A stretch of DNA of 58,534 nucleotides, counting the filler, from Sphacelaria rigidula (Eukaryota), in NCBI GenBank assembly GCA_964200075.2. It is 10 parts of 10 records of this genome, joined end to end, with 100 filler letters (N's around TTAATTAATTAA, not from the genome) between each part and the next. Parts side by side here need not be neighbours in the genome. Positions count along the whole stretch, not along the records: positions 35,184 to 40,946 come from CAXNAA020024644.1; positions 41,047 to 46,809 come from CAXNAA020024645.1; positions 46,910 to 52,672 come from CAXNAA020024646.1; 7 more parts are not named here. The stretch is one strand, 5' to 3'. Below the pieces are notes generated by a model. That model saw nothing but the letters and a program-made list of their open reading frames with translations, did not search any database and was not told the origin of the DNA. Of this stretch, positions 36,411 to 48,119 are shown one piece after another. The position numbers were made by a program, and so were the translations under genes. Position 1 is the stretch's first letter. The number at the start of each line of letters is the position of its first letter.

Positions 36411-37639
36411 CTGATTCAAGAGCAAGAACCCCAATCAAAAATGAGGACTGGGGCTACAACCAGTGGCCCGATGATGCCGAACAGTAAAACATCGGAATCA
36501 TCTTGCCTGTCGCTTGCGGATCTACGTTCGTCGCAGAAAGTCGGAACGTGTACGAAGCTCCGTGAGTAAGGACGTCAGGCCTCACCACCAAGTTGGGCCT
36601 GCGCGGCGAGGGTACGGGAGCAACCGTCATACAATGAAACTAATGTTTTTACGCACGAGAAAGCGGCACTTTTACTGCGACTAGCAAAAATACTGATACA
36701 TGATGTACATATCGATATGCCCTAAGGTGGAGTGTATGGATATGATTTTTTGTCGAAGCACTCGTCGGAGCGTACCCAACGGCCCGAGGTTACACCGGCA
36801 GTGGGCAATGTACATACACATGGTCGTGAATTTCTCCTCGGCCATTCCGTAAGTGTGCAATAGAATCACAATAGTCTGTGGCACTTTCTACGATAGCCTT
36901 CCCCCAAAATGTGGCTGGTTTGGGAAAGCAAACTATACACATAAATCGGTTTGAAAGAAGCCGAGCACAAGTAGCTGCTGCTGGATATTAATTCCCACGC
37001 GTAGGCTCAGTTTCCCCAGTGTCGCGCATATGAGGCGGTTTATGCAGCCTGAACCCAAACATCGCGCCCTTTATGGCCGTTATTATTGTAACGGTTCTGG
37101 GCTAGTGTCTATCGTAGGAAGTGTCCTGCCCAGAGGTGACTTGCAAACAGTCTCTGTTGGTGAAACGCGTCCGGCATCCGCCATGACTCAGATTTTCTGT
37201 CAGATATCGCCAACACATTGGATCGTTCCAACATGGCATAGAAACCGACCGCTTAGAACGTTCCCCCTCGCAGCGGAGGTCCAAATGGGGCAAACGATTT
37301 GAACAAACTGAGCAATGATACCACTGGTGATAGTGTCGTCGCAATGACGCAACTATAGAAAACATCGGTGGGCAGGGATTGGCAACATACAGACCAAGAT
37401 CAACGCTCGTTGCATCGTATATACGCGTTTACTGCCTCGCTGAGTGTCACAGCGCTGTGGTAGAGCAAGAGGGACTCGAAGAATAGACAATAAGAGTCGT
37501 CCACATCCTTACCTACCGAAACATGCTGTTCCATGTGATTCGATGATAGCATTCATTCAGTGATGAAGCGAAATGCGTACGAAACCTGCGGCATGAAGGT
37601 CCAGCATGTACGTGCTGCCGAGGAATCCAAAGTAATGAG

Positions 37640-39827
37640 CAGGTCTACACACGTTACACGTACCACAGCGTTACACCTTACGTTCACGTTACGTTTTGGT
37701 CGAATTATAACGTGAACGTCATATTTCTTTACGTGATGAACGTAACGTTAAATTTTCATATGAAACGTTAGCGTAACGTTTAGATTTTTCACATGACATA
37801 CGTAACGTAACGTGAACGTTGATTTACCCACCGTTCAAATCACGTAATATGAAACGTTTCATGTAACGTGTAACGTCTATTACACGTTGCGCGTGCATGT
37901 AACACGATACACGTAACGTTATATGTTACGTTGCATGTTACATGAAACATCATGAACACGTCACATGAAGTGGTGAAACTTCAAGTTTGCAATGAATGTT
38001 GGAATCCCACAAGATTGTGCTTCAATAAACACGAGTGAGTTTGAATGACATGGTATAGGTATGGTGCTATTACTATTGCAGCGATTTCGCCCTCTCCCCA
38101 CCACACCTCAAATTTCAAGGTATCGTTGCAGCACTGCATCATAACGACGTCATAATCATTTCGACCACATTCGAGGCTACTTTTTATGTATAAAAAAACA
38201 CGTTGTCAGAAAAGCCGTTTTTCAACAGCGTGATTTTCCACAGAATGTTTCAAAGTAGCCCCTCTTTTGTGCTCGACGTATTGTCAATATTGTAAACGCA
38301 GTGTTCATCGTTCTCTATGGGGTGTGCAGGCATAATTTCAAATTCTGGGGCGAGCGAGAGAGACGCAGCACTCTGCTGTCGTGTCATGGTATACAGTCTG
38401 TACTGATTGTCTGCACTACTACTGCTGTGATGCATTGCCTGAGTAATATATGGTAGGCTGCATGATGGAAAACGACCAATACGAACACCGCCTTGCTGTA
38501 CTAACTGGTTGTAGAGAGTTGATGGTTGTGCTTTTTCACTGCTATTACTCGTAGTACTTGACTGAAAGGACAGCACGGACAACAGCACACACAACAGTAC
38601 TGTATGGTATGCCTTGGCTGTAGTAATGGCTTCGCTGCCATCACCACTGCTGTCGCTGGTGCTCGCGGGCAGTCAGCGTGTTGCTTTACTGTCCTTCGCT
38701 CGCCTGTAGCGTGATGGCCCTTACCCCCATGAGAATAAAACAGGGTAGGGTTGATGACGAGTGCTGTACAGACACTCTGTATGTAGGTTGCACAGTATTG
38801 TAGCTCAGTTCAGGTCTGTGCATGCAGCATGTTGCAAACAGCACTCGAATACAGTACAGATTGCCCAAGCGCCCAAGACCTGTAGACACTACAGCAGTAG
38901 CACGGCTTACACTGTGGTCTTTTGTATGCAGCCATTGCGGTCCTGTCTCTACAAGTCTTGGGTGCATGAGCAGTCTGCACTTAGTGCAATATGAGTGCTG
39001 TTCGCAACACGCTGCATGCACAGATCTGAACTGCGAGCGCCAATACTGTCTGTGCAAATTACATACAGAGTGTTTGTACAGCACTCGCCATCGACTCTGA
39101 CGTGTGCTGTTCTCATGGAGTGAAGAACCACCATGATACTGGCCAGCGAAGGACAATGAAGAAACACGCTGACTGCCTGCGAGCATCAGCGACAGCAGTT
39201 GTGATGGCAGCTAAGCTGGCATGGCTGCTGTCGTGGGCTAGAGGGTGTGTTGGCGCGCGGCAGGATTTTAAACGCGTTTTAAACAGAAGTTTCGATAGCC
39301 CAGAGCTAGCAGAAAATCCTGATTGCCTGATGAATTTGGCCTATCGGAAAATGTTATCAGAAAATGTTCGATAAAAAAACGCGTTTTCTGATCATATAAG
39401 AAGTGGGTTTTGGTCATATATCAAAACCCGCGTATTTTATAGAGGTTTGTTTACATGAGAAGTAGCCGACGAGTCACCGTCAGCGTCACGTACACGGTAA
39501 CATCACGCGTTACACGACACGTTACAACGCCTTGAACACTGATGAATGAGCTACGACATGCACAGAATGAAACGTTACATTCGAACGTTACACGTGTCAA
39601 CGTAACGTTATATTAGGCGTGACACGTGACATTGGAATGTTTCATATTACGTAACATGTAACGAAACGTAACGTCTTTTTTTTTACGTGTAACGTAAAAA
39701 TTCGAAATGAAACATTAACGTAACGTTAGAATTTATTTAGCGTGACATACGTAACGTAATGTGAACGTTATTTTTTTTCATATGATGGACGTAACGTGAA
39801 CGTGAACGTGAAACGTGTAGACCCCTG
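37640..39827. mobile_element. non-autonomous hAT-like element with ACGT-rich subterminal arrays and internal inverted repeat
   Basis: TIR CAGGTCTACAC / GTGTAGACCCCTG; 8-bp TSD gtaatgag / gcaatgag; AACGTT/ACGTAAC arrays at both ends; internal arms ~38637-38846 and ~38993-39208. Confidence 0.85.
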
Positions 39828-40880
39828 GCAATGAGTCGTCTCTGCATGGGAGGGCTCAGCACATGCTATCAGAACTGGCAGAACGCGCGTAACTCCATCT
39901 GAGAGTTGGCCTTGGCCGTTCAAGTATTTGAATTTTGACAAGTTATCATCAACACCAGGGTCCCGTAGACTGGGATTGGAGATGTATACAGCCCCTTCCC
40001 ATAGAGTGGGCAGTTGTCAACACTCGGACATCCGAAGTTGAGAACTTCAAAATTGGGCTTGCCGGTATCTCAAGAGATGAATACGCTTCTTTAATCTCCC
40101 TGCGCAGTACCGTGAGCCCTGTGATTCCGTTGCGTGACATGAGCTACCCTGCCTTGTATTAGCGCGGCAGTGCTGTCTCTGGACCACAACAACGCGCAAG
40201 GTATACAAGAATACTGACAGGTACTGCGAAACACACTGCCCGAAGTCCTGGGTGAGCGATTATTCATAACTATGGGTGAATAGACGAGTCGACACTGCTG
40301 CATGGCACTACAGCAGGGATCCCAGCATAGTACTGTGGGTCGCCAGGCATACCCACACAATTATGAGTCCTCTGATCGATCTCTTCTTTCTTTTTGCGTC
40401 GTCTTACCGTCAGCCTCTTCCCTTCCCCGGGGCGAGGGCGGAATCTTAGGGGATCAACCCGTCTTTCCCCCAGATCGTCCCTGACATCGCGGTATCCCAA
40501 ACTGGGTCAGTACTCCCCCGCACATCATTTCGTCAACTACTCTCTTCTTCTACCCACGTCCTCACGTCTTCAACGCCGGAAGTTAGGGCCTCCAGAAAAA
40601 AAACTCGAGCACAAAAAATGTATTTTTCTGGGATATCAACCCCCACTTTGCCCAATCCAGTTATAAAGTGTTCCAATTGAGCCACTGAGCTGCGGAGCTG
40701 CACTGGTACAGTGCAAGTACGTGATATACCCCGGATAAATCGGACTTGTGACAAACGCGTTGACCGCACTGTGGTGGGAACCTCGCAGTACACGTAAACT
40801 CTTCAAGAGAACAGGTTCGGGTTGACCAGCACCACATCTAAAGATCCACACCCAACAGTGTTTTCGTGAGATTTAGAGTA

Positions 40881-40946
40881 AACAGCCGATTTTTGAAAAT
40901 GGGGTTGAAAAAAAAAATGAGGTTCAACTCAAAAGCCGTGCTTTCC
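40881..40946 (+). repeat. dispersed repeat terminus (also 58462-58534; diverged reverse copies ~13315-13365 and 35184-35255)
   Basis: aacagccgatttttgaaaatggggttgaaaa...atgaggttcaactcaaaag-cgtgctttcc at several contig ends. Confidence 0.7.
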
Positions 40947-41210
40947 NNNNNNNNNNNNNNNNNNNNNNNNNNNNNNNNNNNNNNNNNNNNTTAATTAATT
41001 AANNNNNNNNNNNNNNNNNNNNNNNNNNNNNNNNNNNNNNNNNNNNGTAGCTGCAAAGGCGGCTGGCCCGTGATTGATCCAGACTGGAGACTTGCTGGAG
41101 CTGCGTGCAGCGGGTGTTTATAGGACCCCAGGGCTGTGTGGAGCGGCGAAGAAGCAGATGTGAACTGAAGTTCCAGAAGGTTTCAGAAATCTTCGAATTT
41201 TCGCTCGAGA

Positions 41211-44200
41211 ATGTCGACTACGGACGTACCGACAATAGAGCCAGCAGAAACGGCTGTAACTCCAGTCGTTCTAAGGGAAGAGTTGCGGCCGCCCAGCTGC
41301 GGGGGTTTGTATTCTGAGGGTGCCTCTCGATCGTTTTACACAGAATACATGGAATACAAAAGGAGGGTGAAGCATGCGAATGCAGGGGGTGCGGTGAGTC
41401 TTCAGGTGGTTTGTATGGCGCAACAAATGCCTACCCCCTTGCAACGCTTCTTTGCGAGAAGGTTCCACGAAAAGCATACCATAACGCCGCTGCAGTTGGC
41501 CGCAGCGATAAAGAAGCACGCAGAGCATGCAGCAGGAGCGGGGGTAGAGCTTACTCAGGCGTCCGCGGCCGTGGCGAAGGCTGCCGCAATAAACCACAAG
41601 TGGAGGACCGTGCGTGAGAGGATGGAGCCTATAATGGGTAAGTTGGACACTTATTTTTCGGAAAACCCCAATGTAGAGGTGATTTATCGTTCATCCGATG
41701 GGAAATTTCGCCCAGGGCCCGCTGCGGTGGTCACCAAAGCGATGATGGAGGGTCTGGCACCGGCGGAATTTCAGCAGGCCGTGCTTGTACAGTTACAGCA
41801 CGAAACAAATGGGAAGTCGAACCCGTGTTTAGTCATGGATACCGTGGTGGCTGAGGCTCAGGCATGGCGGCGGGTCGAAGTGTTCGGAAAATCATCCACT
41901 TCGTCGCAGCAGTCTTCGAGCTCGCGTAACCGCCGATCAAAATCCGCAGGCAGTACCGCCTCCAAGTTTACTTGCTTTCAATGTGACCAGGTCTGTAATG
42001 CGTGAGAGGACCGCGTGCTTAGAGGACCGCGCCGTAGTTCAAAACACGTCAGGATCGACATTTTTTTAAACCAATCGGGTCAGTCCCTGGAGGTACCACA
42101 CCCCTGACCATAACCCCATCACTAACCCTGACCCTAACCCTGACCATAGGGATGTTCAAATTCCGATGCGGGCCTCTAAGCACGCGGTCCTCTCACGCAT
42201 TACAGGGTCGGTCACATCGCACGGAAGTGCCCAACACCTTCTGAGGCGGAGTCTGAGCAGACGTGTGCCGCGCACCCTCGCAATCACAAAAGACGAGGTA
42301 GTCGTGGTGGCGGCAGCGGCGGATCCTCCAGCGGTGGAGGTGCACAGTCGAGTTCCCAGCAGCAGGGGCAGCAGGGGCAGCAGGGGCAACGGCGTCAGCA
42401 GGGGACCGGTTCTTGGTTCGGTTCAGCCGCAGGGGCTGCTGCTCCGCAACGGGCGGTGCAGGTGGGACCGATCTCTCTAGTGTCGGGCTCGGTGCCGGCG
42501 CCGCCGGCAGCAGAGCAAGGCGAGACGCCGGCTGCGGAGCCGGCCGGTTTTCAGCTGAAATTTGTACCGCTGCTGCGCCGGCCGGGGTACCGCTTCAATT
42601 TGGTTCTGCGGGCGGGGTTTCGTACCCGCCGACGGTGCCGGTGACCCCAGCGGGGGCGTCTATGCATGCGCCGCGCGCGCAGCCGTGGCGCCAAGTGGGG
42701 ATTACGACCCATCAGTCGGCGGAGCAGGTGCCGGTCGAGGGCCAAGACAATTATGTCCCTGCCGAGTTATATCTCCCACATCAACGGGCGCGGGGAGCTA
42801 TATCGGTCAACGCGGTGTTGGAGTCAGGGACCCACTTCACGAGCGTGTCGGTGCTATCTGTGGAGATGCTGGAGTGTTTACTCCCCGGTGAGCAAATCCG
42901 ACTTCCGTTCTCGCTCGGGGCGCGGCAGGCCATCACCGTATCTGGACAACGTGTAAATGTGACGGAGCGTACGGTTCCCCTACAGTTGGCGTTCCTGACT
43001 ACCTGGGGGCCAGCAAAATTACCTCCAATATCGTTTGGGATCATACCGGGGACGGATGGTGTCGTTCTGTTGGGCCTACCGACGCTTCGGGGACTCGGAG
43101 TCGATCAGTATGATCGGTTGTTGGAGTCCCTAAGAACGAAAATGCCGTCGCCCGGTTCGAGTGTCGAGATGCCTGCTTTTTTTACGAGTCGCAGAGTGAG
43201 CGTGTCGGTTGATGCTCTCCAGGAGGCGGGGGGGCAGGTGTCCGAGGAGCGTGATGAGGCGGTGGAACGCTTGGTGGATCGTGGCCCGGATATCTTTGTT
43301 GATCCAGCCGATGAGGAGTCCGCTCGGAAAGTCCCGCTGGAGGAGAGCGTGACGGATGCTGGGGCGAAAAACCTCAGCGTCTCAAAAGCGGAGCGCCTGC
43401 GCGGTATATTGCATTGCCGCGTCAACGCGTTTCGTCGTGCGCTGCGGGGTGATCCCCTGCGTGCGTGGAGCCTATGCGTGTTCAGCCAAAACCTGGGGCG
43501 TCCGCAGTGAAGACGAAGCCGCGGCGGTACGATCCAGTGAAGCCGAGATGGTTGGCATTGTGCATGGCGGCTCTTTTGGCGCTCGGGTTGGTGTTACGGA
43601 ATTTGCAGGCGGGGTGGTCCAGTCCGGAACATGCGTTTCCGAAGAAGACTGCATCGTGGACGGAGGACAGGCGGCAGGCGTGGGCGAAAGCGAAGGATCT
43701 GGTGGCTCATGCAGTGACGCTGCTCCATCCTCATCCAGGTTGTCAGGTGTCAATGTTTCCGGATGCATTTGAGTGCCATTGGGGTAGTTTTGTAACGCAG
43801 GTGCCTGGTGCAGAAATGCAACAACGGTTGCCGGTTGAAGACATGACGCGTGAACCGCTGGCTTTTCTGAGTGGTAATATCAAGGGTTCACAGATGCGTT
43901 GGGCAACCATTGACGAGGAAGGTTTTGCTATCGCGAGCACTTTTCGTCGTCTCGAACATCTATTGTGGAATGGCGTACACATTTTCACGGATCACCGAAA
44001 TCTAGCGTACATTTTCAACCCGGAGGCATGCGTGACGTCTGTGTCGAAGGCGTGGGCACAGCCATTGGAGGGGTGGAAAGGAGTATTGGGACAGTATCGG
44101 TACACGATTTGTCATATTTCGGGTGAACGTAACGCGTGGGGTGACTTGCTGTCCCGCTGATTAAATATTCCCACTTTGTCTGCGCGCGCTGTGGCTGTGT

Positions 44201-44495
44201 ATTGTCCGTGCGAACCTGGTGACTCGATGCCGTCCAAATCTGTTGTCCGCCAAGCGCAACGAAAAGACCTTGGGGCCAAAGATGCGGATGTGCAATCTTT
44301 CGAGTCGGACGTTGGTACTACTATCTTGGACAATGAAGACCTGTTTTTTGTGCATGTGCGTGGCCGAAACGTTTTGTGGATTCCGAGTTGTGACAAGCAG
44401 TTGCAGGTACGTTTGATGAGTTGTGCGCACATGCGCGATGCCGGGCATCGTGGTGTGGCTGCGACGCTCGTGCGCTTGCAAGAGCTTGTGTCTAG
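41211..44495 (+). mobile_element. Ty3/Gypsy LTR retrotransposon gag-pol, degenerate (Gag, CCHC knuckle, protease, RT mostly deleted, RNase H, start of integrase)
   Basis: Gag ORF 41211; CFQCDQ|VGHIARKC knuckle; VNAVLESG protease site and VLLGLPTL; RNase H FPDA...WATIDEE...IFTDHRNL...HISGERNAWGDLLSR; integrase CAHMRDAGHRG; frameshifts and stops present. Confidence 0.92.
41993..42205. mobile_element. MITE with perfect 33-bp TIR, 3-bp TSD and telomere-like core
   Basis: CTGTAATGCGTGAGAGGACCGCGTGCTTAGAGG / exact reverse complement; GGT on both flanks; internal ctaaccctgaccctaaccctgacc. Confidence 0.92.
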
Positions 44496-47257
44496 CAGGG
44501 AGATATAATATCATATGCGCGAATTTGTCGCGAATGAGGTTCGTGTGAACCCGTTCTCGAATCGTGACAAACGAGTCTGAGCTTTCCCGATTTGGGCCAA
44601 ATTGGGGTTCATACAATGCGTTTCCGGATCTCAGGTCCCCCGATCTGCGTACAGGTCCGTTTTTGCGGCTGCCACAAAAGACGGTCTAAGCTACGTGGGG
44701 CCACTTGCTCAACATATAGCGTACGTCACACTCGCCTTCTGGTCAAGCCTGATCAGACCTGAGATCCTCACAGAATGAAAAGTCAAACGCAAAATTCACG
44801 GACCTCCAACTGACGATTAACGACTTTCAACCTCATGAAAACAGACCGCTACCCTCAACTCACGCACGTACCCCCCTGAAGCACATCGACGACGCTGACA
44901 CAACACCCGGATACCATGCTCTAATGTACCAGTATTAGTACGGTAGCACCGACGCTTTAAGTCGTGAGCGTACAGAAGCGTTTGTCTTGAACCGGCAACT
45001 AGAGCGCTTGATGCTGGAGCACAAACAATCGTTCGTGAGGCTTACAGCACCAAGTCTTTATTCCAACCCGTCGTGGCAATTATACCGAACCGGTCGAAGT
45101 ATTTTGGTATGGAAGGGCTCGAAAATGAAGCACCGCCCACAACTCCACATTTAGAGTTGTTGATGAGAGCATGCACGTAAATTGACCCACGTTGAACTAA
45201 CGGCCATTATACCCCATATACAGCGTGGACGAGAATGGACTGATGCTGTGTCGTAACCAAAATTCCATGGGTCCCTCCACCGGAAGCTCTCTGCTACACT
45301 TCACTCTTCTACAGCGGCGCCTGCAAGCATGTGATCCAGCTCGTGGTACCAGTGCAGATTTCTAATGTACTCTCCACGCACCACCAACTCTATGTTGCCC
45401 ATAGTGAGCACATCAGCCGCGAATTGAAGCAAGTGGTGAACGGCGTTCAGCACTTCGTTGTTGCTCAGAGCCGGGATGCTTTGGAGATCTGCGATGAGAA
45501 ACCGCGCGCAAGACGGGGGCCGATCGGAACGGCGAGAGAACAAGCAATGCATATATCGCCGTGATATACTCGCACACGCATCTTGTTTTTGCGTTCAGTG
45601 ATGCTACTATATCCCGAAACCTGCACGTAGCTCTACATTGGTTTCGAGGTGAAATCTGTGTAACGAATCTAAAATTAAACTTGCTGTATTTCCGTCGTGT
45701 TTCATGTGTAAATGCGTAAGGCAGCTGTCGTTGTGAGAACCTGATTTCATGAAGGGTCAGTTGACACTGCGTGGTGAGGAAAATTCACATGTTTCTGCAT
45801 CTACAAAGTCAAAACCAGTGCTGCTGTTGGTTAGCCTCTCCTCAACCCTTTCGCCCTACCTTCGGGAGAGGGACCGAACATCATCCCGATCGTCGAGCGC
45901 CCAGTTAAAGCGTGGAAAGCGATGCCGGCCCAGCCAAACAGATCGTTGTAGAGCACCAGCTGCTCGTCCAGCTCCACCTCGTTCGGTGCCACCCCGTCGT
46001 CTATTTGTTCATGAACGATTGCTGCCTGCAGGAGGTGCATATCACCATCGCAGTACGGCAAGAAATCGTTAAAAGCACGAGAACACGTTCATTATCATGT
46101 TTACACGGTGGGCGTGCACATTCTTTCTCTTGGGCTCCGCATTTGAGGAGCCTCTCGATGACAACACTCTGGGCCCTATTGTACAGCCCCAGAAACCGTT
46201 TGGACTAATACGTGCACCCCTACCGTACAATTACTCATCAGGATATAAGGTACCACTTACTGTCTTCTTGCATGGAACACCGTAACATCGTTGTTCAGTT
46301 ATACTGGACTGTGGTCAAGTGTGAAGCGTGTATACTTACGGTACCTACAGTTGGGTTAGGCTGGTTGCGAAAGGCGGTCCCGGTCGGTTGTCGACCGTTT
46401 GCTAGGATGTCGCTTGTCTGGACGCTGGCAATCACGTCCGCTTGATGTCTCCCACATAATCTTGTTTGCCTCGCAGTGTTTTCTCTCGCTGCGCTGTGCT
46501 GACGTTCGGTAAGCGAGCGGGGGCGGCAGTGTGCGCCTGGGGGCAATGGGCTGCCCCAACCGCTCTCGCGGCTTTTTCAGCCAAACACCTGGCAGCGTCC
46601 TAGCCGTACTTCTCAGCCACCTCTTCCAGCTGAACGTGAATTGCATATGGGTCGCTCTTCAGCGCTCCCACATGTGGCGACCGGATTTCCACGTGCTCCG
46701 CCATATCATTGTCGTCGGCCGTATAGTAGGGTAGCTTCCTACGCTCGCCAACTCTTGATGATGCAGCCCACCAAAACGATGCACTACTCTAATTCCAAGT
46801 ATACTAGTGNNNNNNNNNNNNNNNNNNNNNNNNNNNNNNNNNNNNNNNNNNNNTTAATTAATTAANNNNNNNNNNNNNNNNNNNNNNNNNNNNNNNNNNN
46901 NNNNNNNNNGGGGGGGGGGCGCGAGGGGGAAGCAGAGAGAAAAAAAAAAAACCACCCCCCCCCCCCCCCCCCCCCCCCCCGTCCCCCCGTCCCCCCGTCC
47001 CCCCGTCCCCTCGACGACTCGCGTATTCACATGGTTGTCACGCACGAGTGAGTTGCTTGTTCATGGGCCTTGTGGGGCTCTATGCCTGAAGACTTGGGAA
47101 GGTGACTATCGTCTCCTAGGTGGCCGCATTTCTCACATTTTCGAAACAAACTGCACTCTAAAGTCGACGAACTTGAGTGCTTTGAATACATGATCTTACG
47201 CGCACGCTCCCACGAAATCGATATGACAAGGGTTCACACTTTGTTCACGGAACTCAC

Positions 47258-47391
47258 AGACTTTCCGCCAAAGTCCCCCCCAACCCTTGGTCATGCTTGA
47301 GAAAGTTCAGCTGGTTCATGCTGTCGGGGTCCATACCAGCAAACGCGATCTCGACTGGCGGACACCAGTCCTCCAGCAGAGATATCTCCAG
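47258..47391 (-). CDS. STAS-domain protein (SulP/SLC26 anion transporter-like), exon
   Basis: LEISLLEDWCPPVEIAFAGMDPDSMNQLNFLKHDQGLG...; cag/gtgagt; continues the STAS fold in phase 0 from 52306. Confidence 0.68.
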
Positions 47392-48119
47392 CTGTTGCGA
47401 AGTGTTTTTATTACACGTTTGCGTGCAAAGTATTGTATCATTGAGTGTTTCACGCAACGGAGCAGCGGAGCAAGACAGTTCGAGGAGACGGGAAAGAGGT
47501 ATGTCATTCGGAAGGATGCCACAACTTGCGGTTGGATGTATCTCCCGCGGCATGTGTGGAGGCGTGCTCTGGCTAGGGGTGGCTGGGAAAAAATATCGAG
47601 ATACCCATCGCCTACTCGGCTAGAAGTTCAACGATGCATGCAGCGTCGGCATTGCCCAGCGTTGGTCGTAACTTCTTCCCCCGCGGAGCGTTACGGAGCC
47701 TACCAGCAACTAATCTACCTTTACAGGAAAACACGCACGTCCATCTCTCTTCTGCTTCACACCGGATACTCCTTCAGTACCGCTCGGTTGACAAGCGATT
47801 AGTGTTCCACTAACATGCTGTTTTGCCTACAATGCGCGTAGTTTGCACCATGCCGTTATTTGCTATGCTTTTAACCGCCCCCCGCTCTCTGTTCTCAGGA
47901 CGCATCCATAGTCTAGAGGGATCACCCCCTCTTCTCTCCGGCATCTGCCTGCCCGTTTGTTCTCGGATATTGGGTCAACACTGCCGCACCCCATTCACTA
48001 ATCCCCCATGGGTACAGCCGTGGCCATATGATAGACGTACGTACTCGAGGCAAAATAAAAGCGAAAACATGCATTAAAGGTGAAACACACACAAAGAGCG
48101 GACTGAAAGAAAGGAAAGA

